Shown here: positions 1 to 7,129 of the stretch, piece by piece
Position numbering within the stretch: the stretch's first letter is position 1
Layout: every line of letters starts with the position of its first letter
DNA from: a virus
Taxonomy: Duplodnaviria; Heunggongvirae; Uroviricota; Caudoviricetes
DNA: 18,578 bases
Strand: one strand, 5' to 3'
IMG/VR virus record: IMGVR_UViG_2778261535_000010
Translations under genes and position numbers: made by a program
The notes under the pieces: generated by a model
What the model was told of the DNA's origin: nothing
What the model saw: only the letters and a program-made list of their open reading frames with translations
The model's database searches: none

Positions 1-444
1 CTCATTCAGCAAATGCTGGATCTGCTTAAAAGCGGTAAAGACGCCGCAACGGGTGATGCTGACACGGTTGATACCCCGGAACAGGCCGCTGATGTGGTGG
101 CAGATGTTGCCGCCCAGATCGCTGATGCTGCCGACGAGGTGGCTGAGCTGGCGCAGGACGTTATCGAAAACCCGGAAGACGAAGTCAAAGCGGAAGAATT
201 CAGCGCCGCCAAAGCCAACCTGGCAAAAGTCATGAAGTCATTCAATGTGACGCCAACGAAGCGCCCGCGCGCCAGCCGTCGCCGTGACTTTTCCGCCCGT
301 CGCCAGCCAGCTGACAACCAGATGGACAACCTTACCACGCAGCTGACTACCGTCCTGACCAAGTTGTCAGCGATGGAAAACGGCAATACGCGCCGCCCTG
401 GCAGTGCGCCAGGCGGAAGCAAAGAACCGTTTGAGTTTGTTTAA
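1..444 (+). CDS. capsid scaffolding protein (gpO-like), 5' partial
   Basis: The reading frame is open from base 1 (LIQQMLDLL...), so the N-terminus is outside the window. Ala/Asp/Glu-rich, directly upstream of the major capsid gene as in P2 (O then N). Confidence 0.7.
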   Translation, partial: LIQQMLDLLKSGKDAATGDADTVDTPEQAADVVADVAAQIADAADEVAELAQDVIENPEDEVKAEEFSAAKANLAKVMKSFNVTPTKRPRASRRRDFSARRQPADNQMDNLTTQLTTVLTKLSAMENGNTRRPGSAPGGSKEPFEFV

Positions 445-472
445 CAGCCATTCTTTTCAGGAATAAAAGATT

Positions 473-1495
473 ATGCAATTAACCCCAAAAGCAGAGCAGA
501 TGCTGCGTAAGTTTGCCGCAGGCCTGGCGAAAGCTAACGGCCAGGTGGACACGTCGCGCTACTTCTCGCTGACAAATCCGAAAGAAACCCAGCTGCGCAA
601 TGCCCTGTTGCAACAGTCTGAGTTCCTGCGCCTGCTGCCTAACGTGCTGGATGTGGACCAGATCACCGGCCAGGTGGTCAGTACCGGTAAACCGGGTATT
701 TATACCGGGCGCAAAAAGGACGGTCGTTTCTCCCGCCCCCTGGGTGTTACCGGGAATGAATACAAGCTGGTAGAAACGGATTCCGGTTCGTATCTGCCTT
801 ATTCCCTGCTGGTTGTCTGGGCGAACGCGGGCAGCGAAGAAGAGTTCTTCCAGCGTATTCAGGCATTCAGCAACGAATCATTCGCACTGGATATGCTGCG
901 CGTGGCGTTTAACGGTACGAGTGCTGCAGACGACACCGACCCGGAAACCAACCCGAGCGGCGAAGACGTTAACATCGGCTGGCACCAAATCGTTAAGGCC
1001 CGTTCGTCTGAGCAGATTATTTCTGATGCCGTCACTATCGGCGCGTCGGGTGCTGACTTTATTGGTCTGGATGCGGCTGTCACTGACCTGGTGCACACCT
1101 GCATTTATGAGCCATTCCGCAATGACCCGCGCCTGGTTGTGCTGGCTTCCGCTGACCTTATCGGCAACGACGCCACCACGATGATGAATAAGATTGATCG
1201 CCCGACTGAGAAGGTCGCCGCGCAGCTTATTGGCCGTCAGATTGCTGGCCGTACCGTGTACACCCCGCCGTTTATGCCGGAGGGTCGCCTTATCGTCACC
1301 ACGCTGGACAACCTGCATATCTATACCCAGCAGGGCACACGTAAGCGTAAAGCGGAATGGAACGACGACCGCAAGCGCTTCGAGAATAACTATCTGCGCA
1401 TGGAAGGTTACGGCGTCGAGCATGACGAGCTGTATGCGGCATTCGACAAAATCACCCTTGCGACCGGCGAAGTTGCACCGGGAGGGGGCGCGTAA
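473..1495 (+). CDS. major capsid protein (P2 gpN family)
   Basis: 340 aa; AGGAA Shine-Dalgarno 10 nt upstream. Motifs recalled from P2 gpN are present in the same order (AFNGT, DVNIGW, PPFMPEGRLIVTTLDNLHIY versus P2 FNGV, DVAVGW, PYFPADAMLITKLENLSIY). Confidence 0.85.
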   Translation: MQLTPKAEQMLRKFAAGLAKANGQVDTSRYFSLTNPKETQLRNALLQQSEFLRLLPNVLDVDQITGQVVSTGKPGIYTGRKKDGRFSRPLGVTGNEYKLVETDSGSYLPYSLLVVWANAGSEEEFFQRIQAFSNESFALDMLRVAFNGTSAADDTDPETNPSGEDVNIGWHQIVKARSSEQIISDAVTIGASGADFIGLDAAVTDLVHTCIYEPFRNDPRLVVLASADLIGNDATTMMNKIDRPTEKVAAQLIGRQIAGRTVYTPPFMPEGRLIVTTLDNLHIYTQQGTRKRKAEWNDDRKRFENNYLRMEGYGVEHDELYAAFDKITLATGEVAPGGGA

Positions 1496-1497
1496 AA

Positions 1498-2199
1498 ATG
1501 GCCATGACCCCGTGTCAGCGACACCGAGCACGCGTGAAAGCCGCAAAGGCGCTGGATAAGTGCGAAGCCCTGACGGCATCGCCGGTCAGCTTTCACATTC
1601 AAATGCTGGAGCTGGAAAGGGATGTTGAACGGCTTCGCAGTCTGACGCGTGCAGAACGTATGGACATGAAGCGCGACGTTCTTTTGCCGCGCTGGATGCC
1701 GACCGTCGAGGCATATCTCGCCGGTGATGCCCGCTTTGCCAATCCGGCCCTGGTTTACTGCGTGATCTGGTTGTTCGATACGGGGGAAATGGGCAAGGCG
1801 CTGGACTGGGCTGACGTGGCTATCAGTGAGAGCCAGGCCACGCCGGAGAACTTCAAAAGCAACCTGCCTGCCTTTGTGGCCGACACGGTGCTGGAGTGGG
1901 CGATCATGCAGGCGGAAGCCGGTCACAGCATCGAACCCTATTTCAGCCGCACGTTTGAAAACATCCGCGAAAAGTGGCGTTTGCACGAAGACATTAACGC
2001 GAAGTGGTTCAAGTTTGCCGGCCTTTACCTGCTGCGCGACGAGAAGGGGCAGCCGCGAGCCACTGCCGTGGATGATGTGAACACGCTGGAGCAGGCCGAC
2101 GCCCTTTTGGCCCAGGCGGCGGCGTACAACAAAAACGCCGGAGTTAAGACCATGCGCGAAAAAATCCGCGCCCGGATTAACGGCCTGAACCAGCTTTAA
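1498..2199 (+). CDS. terminase endonuclease (small) subunit, gpM-like
   Basis: 233 aa; starts 2 nt after the capsid stop with a GGGAGGGGG RBS; position O-N-M matches P2 synteny. Confidence 0.7.
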   Translation: MAMTPCQRHRARVKAAKALDKCEALTASPVSFHIQMLELERDVERLRSLTRAERMDMKRDVLLPRWMPTVEAYLAGDARFANPALVYCVIWLFDTGEMGKALDWADVAISESQATPENFKSNLPAFVADTVLEWAIMQAEAGHSIEPYFSRTFENIREKWRLHEDINAKWFKFAGLYLLRDEKGQPRATAVDDVNTLEQADALLAQAAAYNKNAGVKTMREKIRARINGLNQL

Positions 2200-2301
2200 A
2201 GACTCCCGCTAGCCGGGACGGGCGCGGGGGAGGCATCAACCATGCGGTTGTTGGCCGTGGAACCCGTTAGCCCGTTTCTATTGCAAAACCGAGGTACGCC
2301 A

Positions 2302-2775
2302 ATGAGTGGCCCAAGTTTCAGTATCAGCGGCAAGCCAGTGATGGTGACGCCAACAGCGATCACCAACGGCGTGACGTTCTGGCCCGATCTCGATCTGGCC
2401 GAGTTTCAGAAGGTGCGCACGCTGCCCGCTGATCTGCCGCCAGAAACCGCAGGCGTGGCCCTGCTGGCTGCTATTGCGGAGGTAAACGACGCGCTGGCCG
2501 ACGTGGTGACGTACTGGAACGCGAAAGCCTGCGAGCGGGCCGCAGATGTACCGGGTGCAAAGATGGGCGACGAAACCCAGTTAACAGCCCAGTACAAAAA
2601 AGCGGTCTACGCCCGCGCAAAGGCCGATTTACTGGGGGAGTTCGCCACCATCGGGCGGCGTGAATCGCATCCGGGACAGGAAAGCCAGGACACCCGCGCC
2701 AGTCTGTTGGCCGAGGCGGCCAACGTGATGCGAAACATGCTGCGACAACCTCGCGTTGGGGTGCATCTGATATGA
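2302..2775 (+). CDS. head completion/stabilization protein (gpL-like)
   Basis: ATG at 2302 preceded by GAGG at 2291-2294. The ORF track extends to 2242 but that upstream Met has no RBS. Position after gpM matches P2. Confidence 0.6.
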   Translation: MSGPSFSISGKPVMVTPTAITNGVTFWPDLDLAEFQKVRTLPADLPPETAGVALLAAIAEVNDALADVVTYWNAKACERAADVPGAKMGDETQLTAQYKKAVYARAKADLLGEFATIGRRESHPGQESQDTRASLLAEAANVMRNMLRQPRVGVHLI

Positions 2776-3248
2776 GCCAGCTTGAAAGCCTGACGACATT
2801 TATTACGGAAAATCTGCCGCCTGATGCCATGCAGATGTTTTCCAGTGTGATGGAAGATTGCGGGCTGACACGCAACGCCAAAGCGATGGGAAACAACCAG
2901 CGCCGGATCGGGGTGCTGACTTACACCGGTCGTTTGTCATGGGATGATTTCCCCTACCGCAAGTATTCGCCGGGGCTGATTTATGCGCTGGTGCTGGCCT
3001 GGGTGGATGAGTTCGCCAACGAGCTGCGCGACGAGCTGAGGCTGGATGATCCAAAAGTGGACCCGGAGTTCGACGACGAAGGGGCATGCATTCTGGATGT
3101 GGTCATCCCGCTGGTTGATCCGCTGGTTTTGCGTGAAGCGGAAAACGGCCCGATCCCCTACAAAGGCAAGCGCTGGGAAATCGTGGACCCCGAAATCTGG
3201 GAGGCGTCGCAACTGGAATTTATTGTCCAGCGTGGTGACGCGTCGTGA
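2772..3248 (+). CDS. tail completion protein (P2 gpR-like)
   Basis: 158 aa; start overlaps the gpL stop (ATGA). The motif TYTGRLSWDDF...LIYALVLAWVDE resembles the P2 gpR pattern (TDFTG...PVLAWL) as I recall it; size is close to P2 gpR (155 aa). Confidence 0.5.
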   Translation: MSQLESLTTFITENLPPDAMQMFSSVMEDCGLTRNAKAMGNNQRRIGVLTYTGRLSWDDFPYRKYSPGLIYALVLAWVDEFANELRDELRLDDPKVDPEFDDEGACILDVVIPLVDPLVLREAENGPIPYKGKRWEIVDPEIWEASQLEFIVQRGDAS

Positions 3249-3940
3249 TCCGGGGGGAGCTGAACCAACAACAGCTAAAGCAGATGCGGGAAACGCTGGC
3301 AAAAGCTGACCTTCCCCCGCGTAAGCGCCAGCGCCTTTTATGGCGTATTGCAAAGCTGGGCATTGTCGCAGCGGCAAAACGTCACCAGCGCCAGCAGGCG
3401 GCCCCGGGCGGTACGCCGTGGGAGCCGCGCAAGCGTGGCAAAGGGAAGATGTTAAAAGGGCTGCCCAAGCTGTTGGCCGTGCGCGAAATGCCAGAGATTC
3501 AGGGGGTAAGAATTTACCTCAAGGGCGGGAACTACCGGAACGGGACGAAGCCGATCGCGGCGGGCCTGGTCGGTGCGGTCCAGCAGGACGGCGCACGGAT
3601 CCAGATGAAAGCCAGTAACGCCCCGCGCAAGCCGCAGGCTGACCAGCCAGCGCTACCGCGACAGGCCAAGCGTCTGCGGGCACTGGGCTACAAAACCCGC
3701 AAGGGCAAGCGCTGGGTTAAGCCGTCCAGCAGGCAAATCATGGAAACCATGAGCATGGCCCAGGCGGGATTACTGATTCGAAAACTGAAAGGCACACCAT
3801 CAAAACGCACATGGACTATTGATATTCCTGGTCGCGTTTTTCTGGGGGTGAGCAACGACGAATTTAACCAAATTATTGCGCGGCAAATGCAGGCAATCGG
3901 CTTCGGCTGGGACGTCAACGCGCAGCAAATCAGGGGGTAA
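3245..3940 (+). CDS. virion morphogenesis / tail completion protein (gpS-like)
   Basis: 231 aa; GTG start overlapping the previous stop (GTGA). Lys/Arg-rich central region. The nearest ATG alternative is at 3284. Confidence 0.45.
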   Translation: MIRGELNQQQLKQMRETLAKADLPPRKRQRLLWRIAKLGIVAAAKRHQRQQAAPGGTPWEPRKRGKGKMLKGLPKLLAVREMPEIQGVRIYLKGGNYRNGTKPIAAGLVGAVQQDGARIQMKASNAPRKPQADQPALPRQAKRLRALGYKTRKGKRWVKPSSRQIMETMSMAQAGLLIRKLKGTPSKRTWTIDIPGRVFLGVSNDEFNQIIARQMQAIGFGWDVNAQQIRG

Positions 3941-3942
3941 AA

Positions 3943-5085
3943 ATGACCTGGCCTACAGTCAACGTCAGTCAGAAAAACCGCTTCAACGGCACAACGAACG
4001 ACGTCGAGCGCGTCATCCTCTTTGTGGGTTACGGCGACACTAACATCGGGAAAACCCAGTCGCTTAATACCGGCAGCGATCTGGTTAAAGCTCTGGGCGA
4101 CAAAGACAGCCCGTTAAAAAATATGGTGGCCGCAGCAGCCAATAACGCCGGTCAGAACTGGTTTGCTTACGTGCATGTGCTGGCAGAGCCAGACAAGGGA
4201 GCCGAGGGCTACAAACCAGACGAAGACTGGATGAACGCGGTCAAACAGGCCCAGAGCGTGGCATCCGTGGAAGGGGTTGTCCTGGCATTTGATACCGCCG
4301 ACGCAGCCACCATTAACCGCGCAACGGAAATGCGCGTCACCTTACAGGCCAGTTTTGGGCGTTTTATCTGGTTTGCCCTTGCTGTGGGCGGGCCGGAAAA
4401 GGACGAAGCGTGGAGCGACTATGTGACGCGCCTGGCTGAACTCCAGGACGGTATTGCATCGCCTGGAGTGCAACTGGTCCCGCGTCTGTGGGGTAACGAA
4501 CCCGGCGTCCTGGTCGGTCGCCTGTGTAACCGTTCGGTGACGGTGGCAGACAGCCCCGCCCGCGTCGCAACCGGCGCAGTCACCGCGCTGGGGAGCGACG
4601 GCCTGCCGGTCGACGGGACGGGGGCCGAAATTGATCTGGCCGTGTTGCAGTCCTTGCAGGCGAACCGCTACAGCGTGCCGATGTGGTATCACGATTATGA
4701 CGGCATCTACTGGGCTGACGGTCGCACCCTGGACGTTGAAGGCGGTGATTATCAGGTGATTGAAAACGTGCGCGTGGTTGATAAAGCCTCCCGCCGCGTC
4801 CGTCTGCGTGCAATCCCAAAAATTGCCGATCGTTCACTGAACAGCACACCGGGCAGCATCGCCGCGCATGAAACCTATTTCGGCAAGCCGCTGCGCGAAA
4901 TGGCGATTTCAACCCAGATCAATGGCGTCGAATTTCCGGGCGAAGTGAAGCCACCAAAGGACGGCGACATCACCATCACCTGGACCAGTAGCGAAGCGGT
5001 GCAGATTTACCTTGTGGTTCGACCGTATGAGAGCGCGAAAGAAATCAGCGTCAGCATCGAACTGGACACCTCACTGGAGAGCTAA
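3943..5085 (+). CDS. tail sheath protein (putative)
   Basis: 380 aa, in the size range of contractile sheath proteins, directly followed by a 151-aa tube-sized gene, in a prophage that also has TMP and baseplate genes. AGGGGG RBS. Confidence 0.5.
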   Translation: MTWPTVNVSQKNRFNGTTNDVERVILFVGYGDTNIGKTQSLNTGSDLVKALGDKDSPLKNMVAAAANNAGQNWFAYVHVLAEPDKGAEGYKPDEDWMNAVKQAQSVASVEGVVLAFDTADAATINRATEMRVTLQASFGRFIWFALAVGGPEKDEAWSDYVTRLAELQDGIASPGVQLVPRLWGNEPGVLVGRLCNRSVTVADSPARVATGAVTALGSDGLPVDGTGAEIDLAVLQSLQANRYSVPMWYHDYDGIYWADGRTLDVEGGDYQVIENVRVVDKASRRVRLRAIPKIADRSLNSTPGSIAAHETYFGKPLREMAISTQINGVEFPGEVKPPKDGDITITWTSSEAVQIYLVVRPYESAKEISVSIELDTSLES

Positions 5086-5088
5086 TCA

Positions 5089-5544
5089 ATGACTGAACGT
5101 ATCAGCGGTGGATCGTTCGATGTGAACTACGACAGCATCATGATTCACGTCGAAAACGCCACCGTCACCATTACGGATAACAGCGCCGTTGCGCAGTCGC
5201 GTGGCATCCCGAACGGCCACACGAAAGGGGCAGTTTCGGCGGATGTGGAAGTCGAAGTCGACTCCCAGAACTTTAAAAAGTTTACCGCCGTGGCCCGTGC
5301 CGCAGGTTCCTGGCGATCCATTCCGGCAAAGGACTTTTTGTTCTACGCCAACGCCGGGGACGACGAAGAAAAAATCGAGGTGTTTGGCTGCGTTCCGACG
5401 CTGTCCGACATCGTCAACATCAACCCCAACGAGGCCAGCAAAACCACGAAGAAAATTAAATTCATGGTGACAAGCCCGGACTTTGTCGCGATTGACGGCG
5501 TGCCGTACCTGTCAGCCCGCGACACTCGCGATTTGAAAGGCTGA
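5089..5544 (+). CDS. tail tube protein (putative)
   Basis: 151 aa; starts 4 nt after the sheath stop. Size and position are typical for a tube protein. Confidence 0.5.
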   Translation: MTERISGGSFDVNYDSIMIHVENATVTITDNSAVAQSRGIPNGHTKGAVSADVEVEVDSQNFKKFTAVARAAGSWRSIPAKDFLFYANAGDDEEKIEVFGCVPTLSDIVNINPNEASKTTKKIKFMVTSPDFVAIDGVPYLSARDTRDLKG

Positions 5545-5548
5545 CACG

Positions 5549-5860
5549 ATGATGAACGGAGAAACGTCACTGCTTGAAAAGCTGTTGCTTATCGGGGCCG
5601 TGATTGGCCTGGGGCAACTGATGGTCAGCAATGAGCGAATCACAACCCGCCTGCTGGTCGGGCGGATGATTCTGGGATCTGCGGTCGCACCGCTGGCCGC
5701 AATCCCGCTGCTGAAATTCCCCGATATGCCGGAACTGGTCGTCATTGGGCTGGCCTGCGCCCTGGGCATTCTGGGAAGCGCGTTTATTGAGGCCGGGTTA
5801 AAGCGCTGCCTGGATATGTATATCAAGCGATGGGGGAGCAAGCGCAATGAAACTGAGTGA
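5549..5860 (+). CDS. holin (class I-like, three predicted TM segments)
   Basis: 103 aa; tandem Met-Met start. Three hydrophobic stretches (LLEKLLLIGAVIGLGQLMV, LLVGRMILGSAVAPLAAIPLL, LVVIGLACALGILGSAFIEAGL) and a charged C-terminus (KRCLDMYIKRWGSKRNETE). Lies immediately upstream of the endolysin. Confidence 0.6.
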   Translation: MMNGETSLLEKLLLIGAVIGLGQLMVSNERITTRLLVGRMILGSAVAPLAAIPLLKFPDMPELVVIGLACALGILGSAFIEAGLKRCLDMYIKRWGSKRNETE

Positions 5861-6185
5861 AAAACAGCAACTTTTCACGGTGATGATCGCCAACCTGATT
5901 CATTTTGCCGAAGAAAAGGGTTATCGCCTGACGTTTGGCGAAGCGTACCGCACGCCGGAACAGGCCGCGCTTAACGCAAAAAAAGGGAGCGGCATTACTA
6001 ACAGCCTGCATACCCAGCGCCTGGCGGTGGATTTTAACCTGTTTATTAACGGCGATTACCAGACCGACAGCGCCGCATATCGCCCACTGGGCGAATACTG
6101 GGAATCTATCGGCGGATCGTGGGGTGGCCGTTTCAGTAAGCCGGACGGGAACCATTTCAGTCTTGAGCATAACGGGGTTCGCTGA
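5847..6185 (+). CDS. endolysin, L-alanyl-D-glutamate peptidase (peptidase M15 family)
   Basis: 112 aa; GGGGGAG RBS. Contains SLHTQRLAVDF (His-x6-Asp) and a C-terminal DGNHFSLEH His, the zinc-ligand pattern of T5-type M15 endolysins. Start overlaps the holin 3' end. Confidence 0.75.
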   Translation: MKLSEKQQLFTVMIANLIHFAEEKGYRLTFGEAYRTPEQAALNAKKGSGITNSLHTQRLAVDFNLFINGDYQTDSAAYRPLGEYWESIGGSWGGRFSKPDGNHFSLEHNGVR

Positions 6186-6568
6186 TGCGCAATTTGCTGG
6201 GTCTTTTGCTGATTCTGGTCGCTGCAATGTCAGCGGGCTGGCAGGCGCATGACTGGCACGACGCAAAGCTGCAACTCGCTGCCAGTGAAGCGGCAGAACA
6301 AACACGCCAGATTGTCGTTGAAGTGACGCAACAGTCTGGCGAAGCGCTGGAAGCAAAACTCGCGGGGCTAAAAGCCAATGAAAGGCACACGGAACGGGTT
6401 ATTCGCACAGAAATCATTAAGCCGGTTTTTAGCAACGTTTGCGCTTCTGATGATTACGTCCGGTTGTTCAACGAAAGTGCAGATCAAGCCGAACGAGAAT
6501 TATCAGGAAAACCAGCTGACACTTTGCCCGGTCACGCTGCCACGTCTGGCCGGACCGACCGGAAATGA
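6185..6568 (+). CDS. i-spanin (Rz-like)
   Basis: 127 aa; ATG overlaps the endolysin stop (TGATG). N-terminal TM segment LLGLLLILVAAM followed by a charged, probably coiled-coil, periplasmic region. Confidence 0.65.
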   Translation: MRNLLGLLLILVAAMSAGWQAHDWHDAKLQLAASEAAEQTRQIVVEVTQQSGEALEAKLAGLKANERHTERVIRTEIIKPVFSNVCASDDYVRLFNESADQAERELSGKPADTLPGHAATSGRTDRK

Positions 6569-6674
6569 CTTTGACGCGGCGCTGACAGCCTACCGGCAGA
6601 TGTATACCGACTGCGCCGCCCGACATAACGCCCTGGTGGGCATCATTCGACAACGTAAGGAATTAGCACAATGA
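6378..6674 (+). CDS. o-spanin (Rz1-like lipoprotein), +1 frame overlapping Rz
   Basis: Starts inside Rz in another frame and extends past the Rz stop. Signal peptide with a lipobox-like FALLMITSGC. The true start codon is uncertain. Confidence 0.55.
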   Translation: MKGTRNGLFAQKSLSRFLATFALLMITSGCSTKVQIKPNENYQENQLTLCPVTLPRLAGPTGNDFDAALTAYRQMYTDCAARHNALVGIIRQRKELAQ

Positions 6675-6940
6675 GTAAACCGAAAAAAATCGCCATGACC
6701 GTGGCGGGCGTAAATCTGAGCTTTGAGCCGAATAAAACCGCGTTTAACAACCTGCTTAACGAAATGACCATGACCAATAAGGTTGCCCCTATGGTGACGT
6801 ATCTGGGCCGCATTGTTGATGCCGAGTGTAAAGAGTCGCTCAACAAGCTGATGGAAGATTATCCGGGTTGCGAAATGCAGATCGTCGAGAAGGTTAACGA
6901 GATTTACTCCCCCAAACTTGAGATCGAAGTAAAAAACTGA
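6671..6940 (+). CDS. tail assembly chaperone (gpE-like), zero-frame product
   Basis: 89 aa; lies directly upstream of the tape measure gene; ends in the slippery heptamer A_AAA_AAC followed by TGA. Confidence 0.65.
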   Translation: MSKPKKIAMTVAGVNLSFEPNKTAFNNLLNEMTMTNKVAPMVTYLGRIVDAECKESLNKLMEDYPGCEMQIVEKVNEIYSPKLEIEVKN

Positions 6941-7128
6941 CGGCGCGGGTGGCGGCCATTCGCAAGAATGCGCTTGAGCAATACCTTGCCCTGCGCCGCT
7001 ACTACCTCCCGCACGAAGCCGACGACGAAGAAAGCATCGCCCGCGCCCTGTGGCTGGACGAGTATTTTGCCCAGACCCGCGCCAGCAAGACGGCGGAAGG
7101 GATAGCCATCGCATTTAACGGAAACTGA
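6671..7128 (+). CDS. tail assembly chaperone, -1 frameshift fusion product (E+E'-like)
   Basis: Slippery A_AAA_AAC at 6931-6937 in the zero frame. The -1 frame is open from 6937 to the TGA at 7126-7128 (63 extra codons, LTARVAAIRKNALEQYLALRR...IAFNGN) and has no start codon of its own. It ends 1 nt before the tape measure ATG. Confidence 0.6.
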
Positions 7129-7129
7129 T

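Noticed and set aside
878-1579. 233-aa minus-strand ORF antisense to the major capsid gene (and similar antisense ORFs at 1408-1986, 6590-7114, 6904-7347, 11354-11914, 12278-12700, 15609-15986)
   Set aside because: They lie entirely inside well-supported plus-strand genes in high-GC DNA where long stop-free antisense frames arise by chance. None has an RBS or recognisable motif.
2242-2301. Upstream extension of the head completion gene (track start at 2242)
   Set aside because: No Shine-Dalgarno precedes 2242 whereas GAGG precedes the ATG at 2302, so 2302 is preferred. The 2200-2301 spacer contains only a weak 5-bp inverted repeat and was not called as a terminator.
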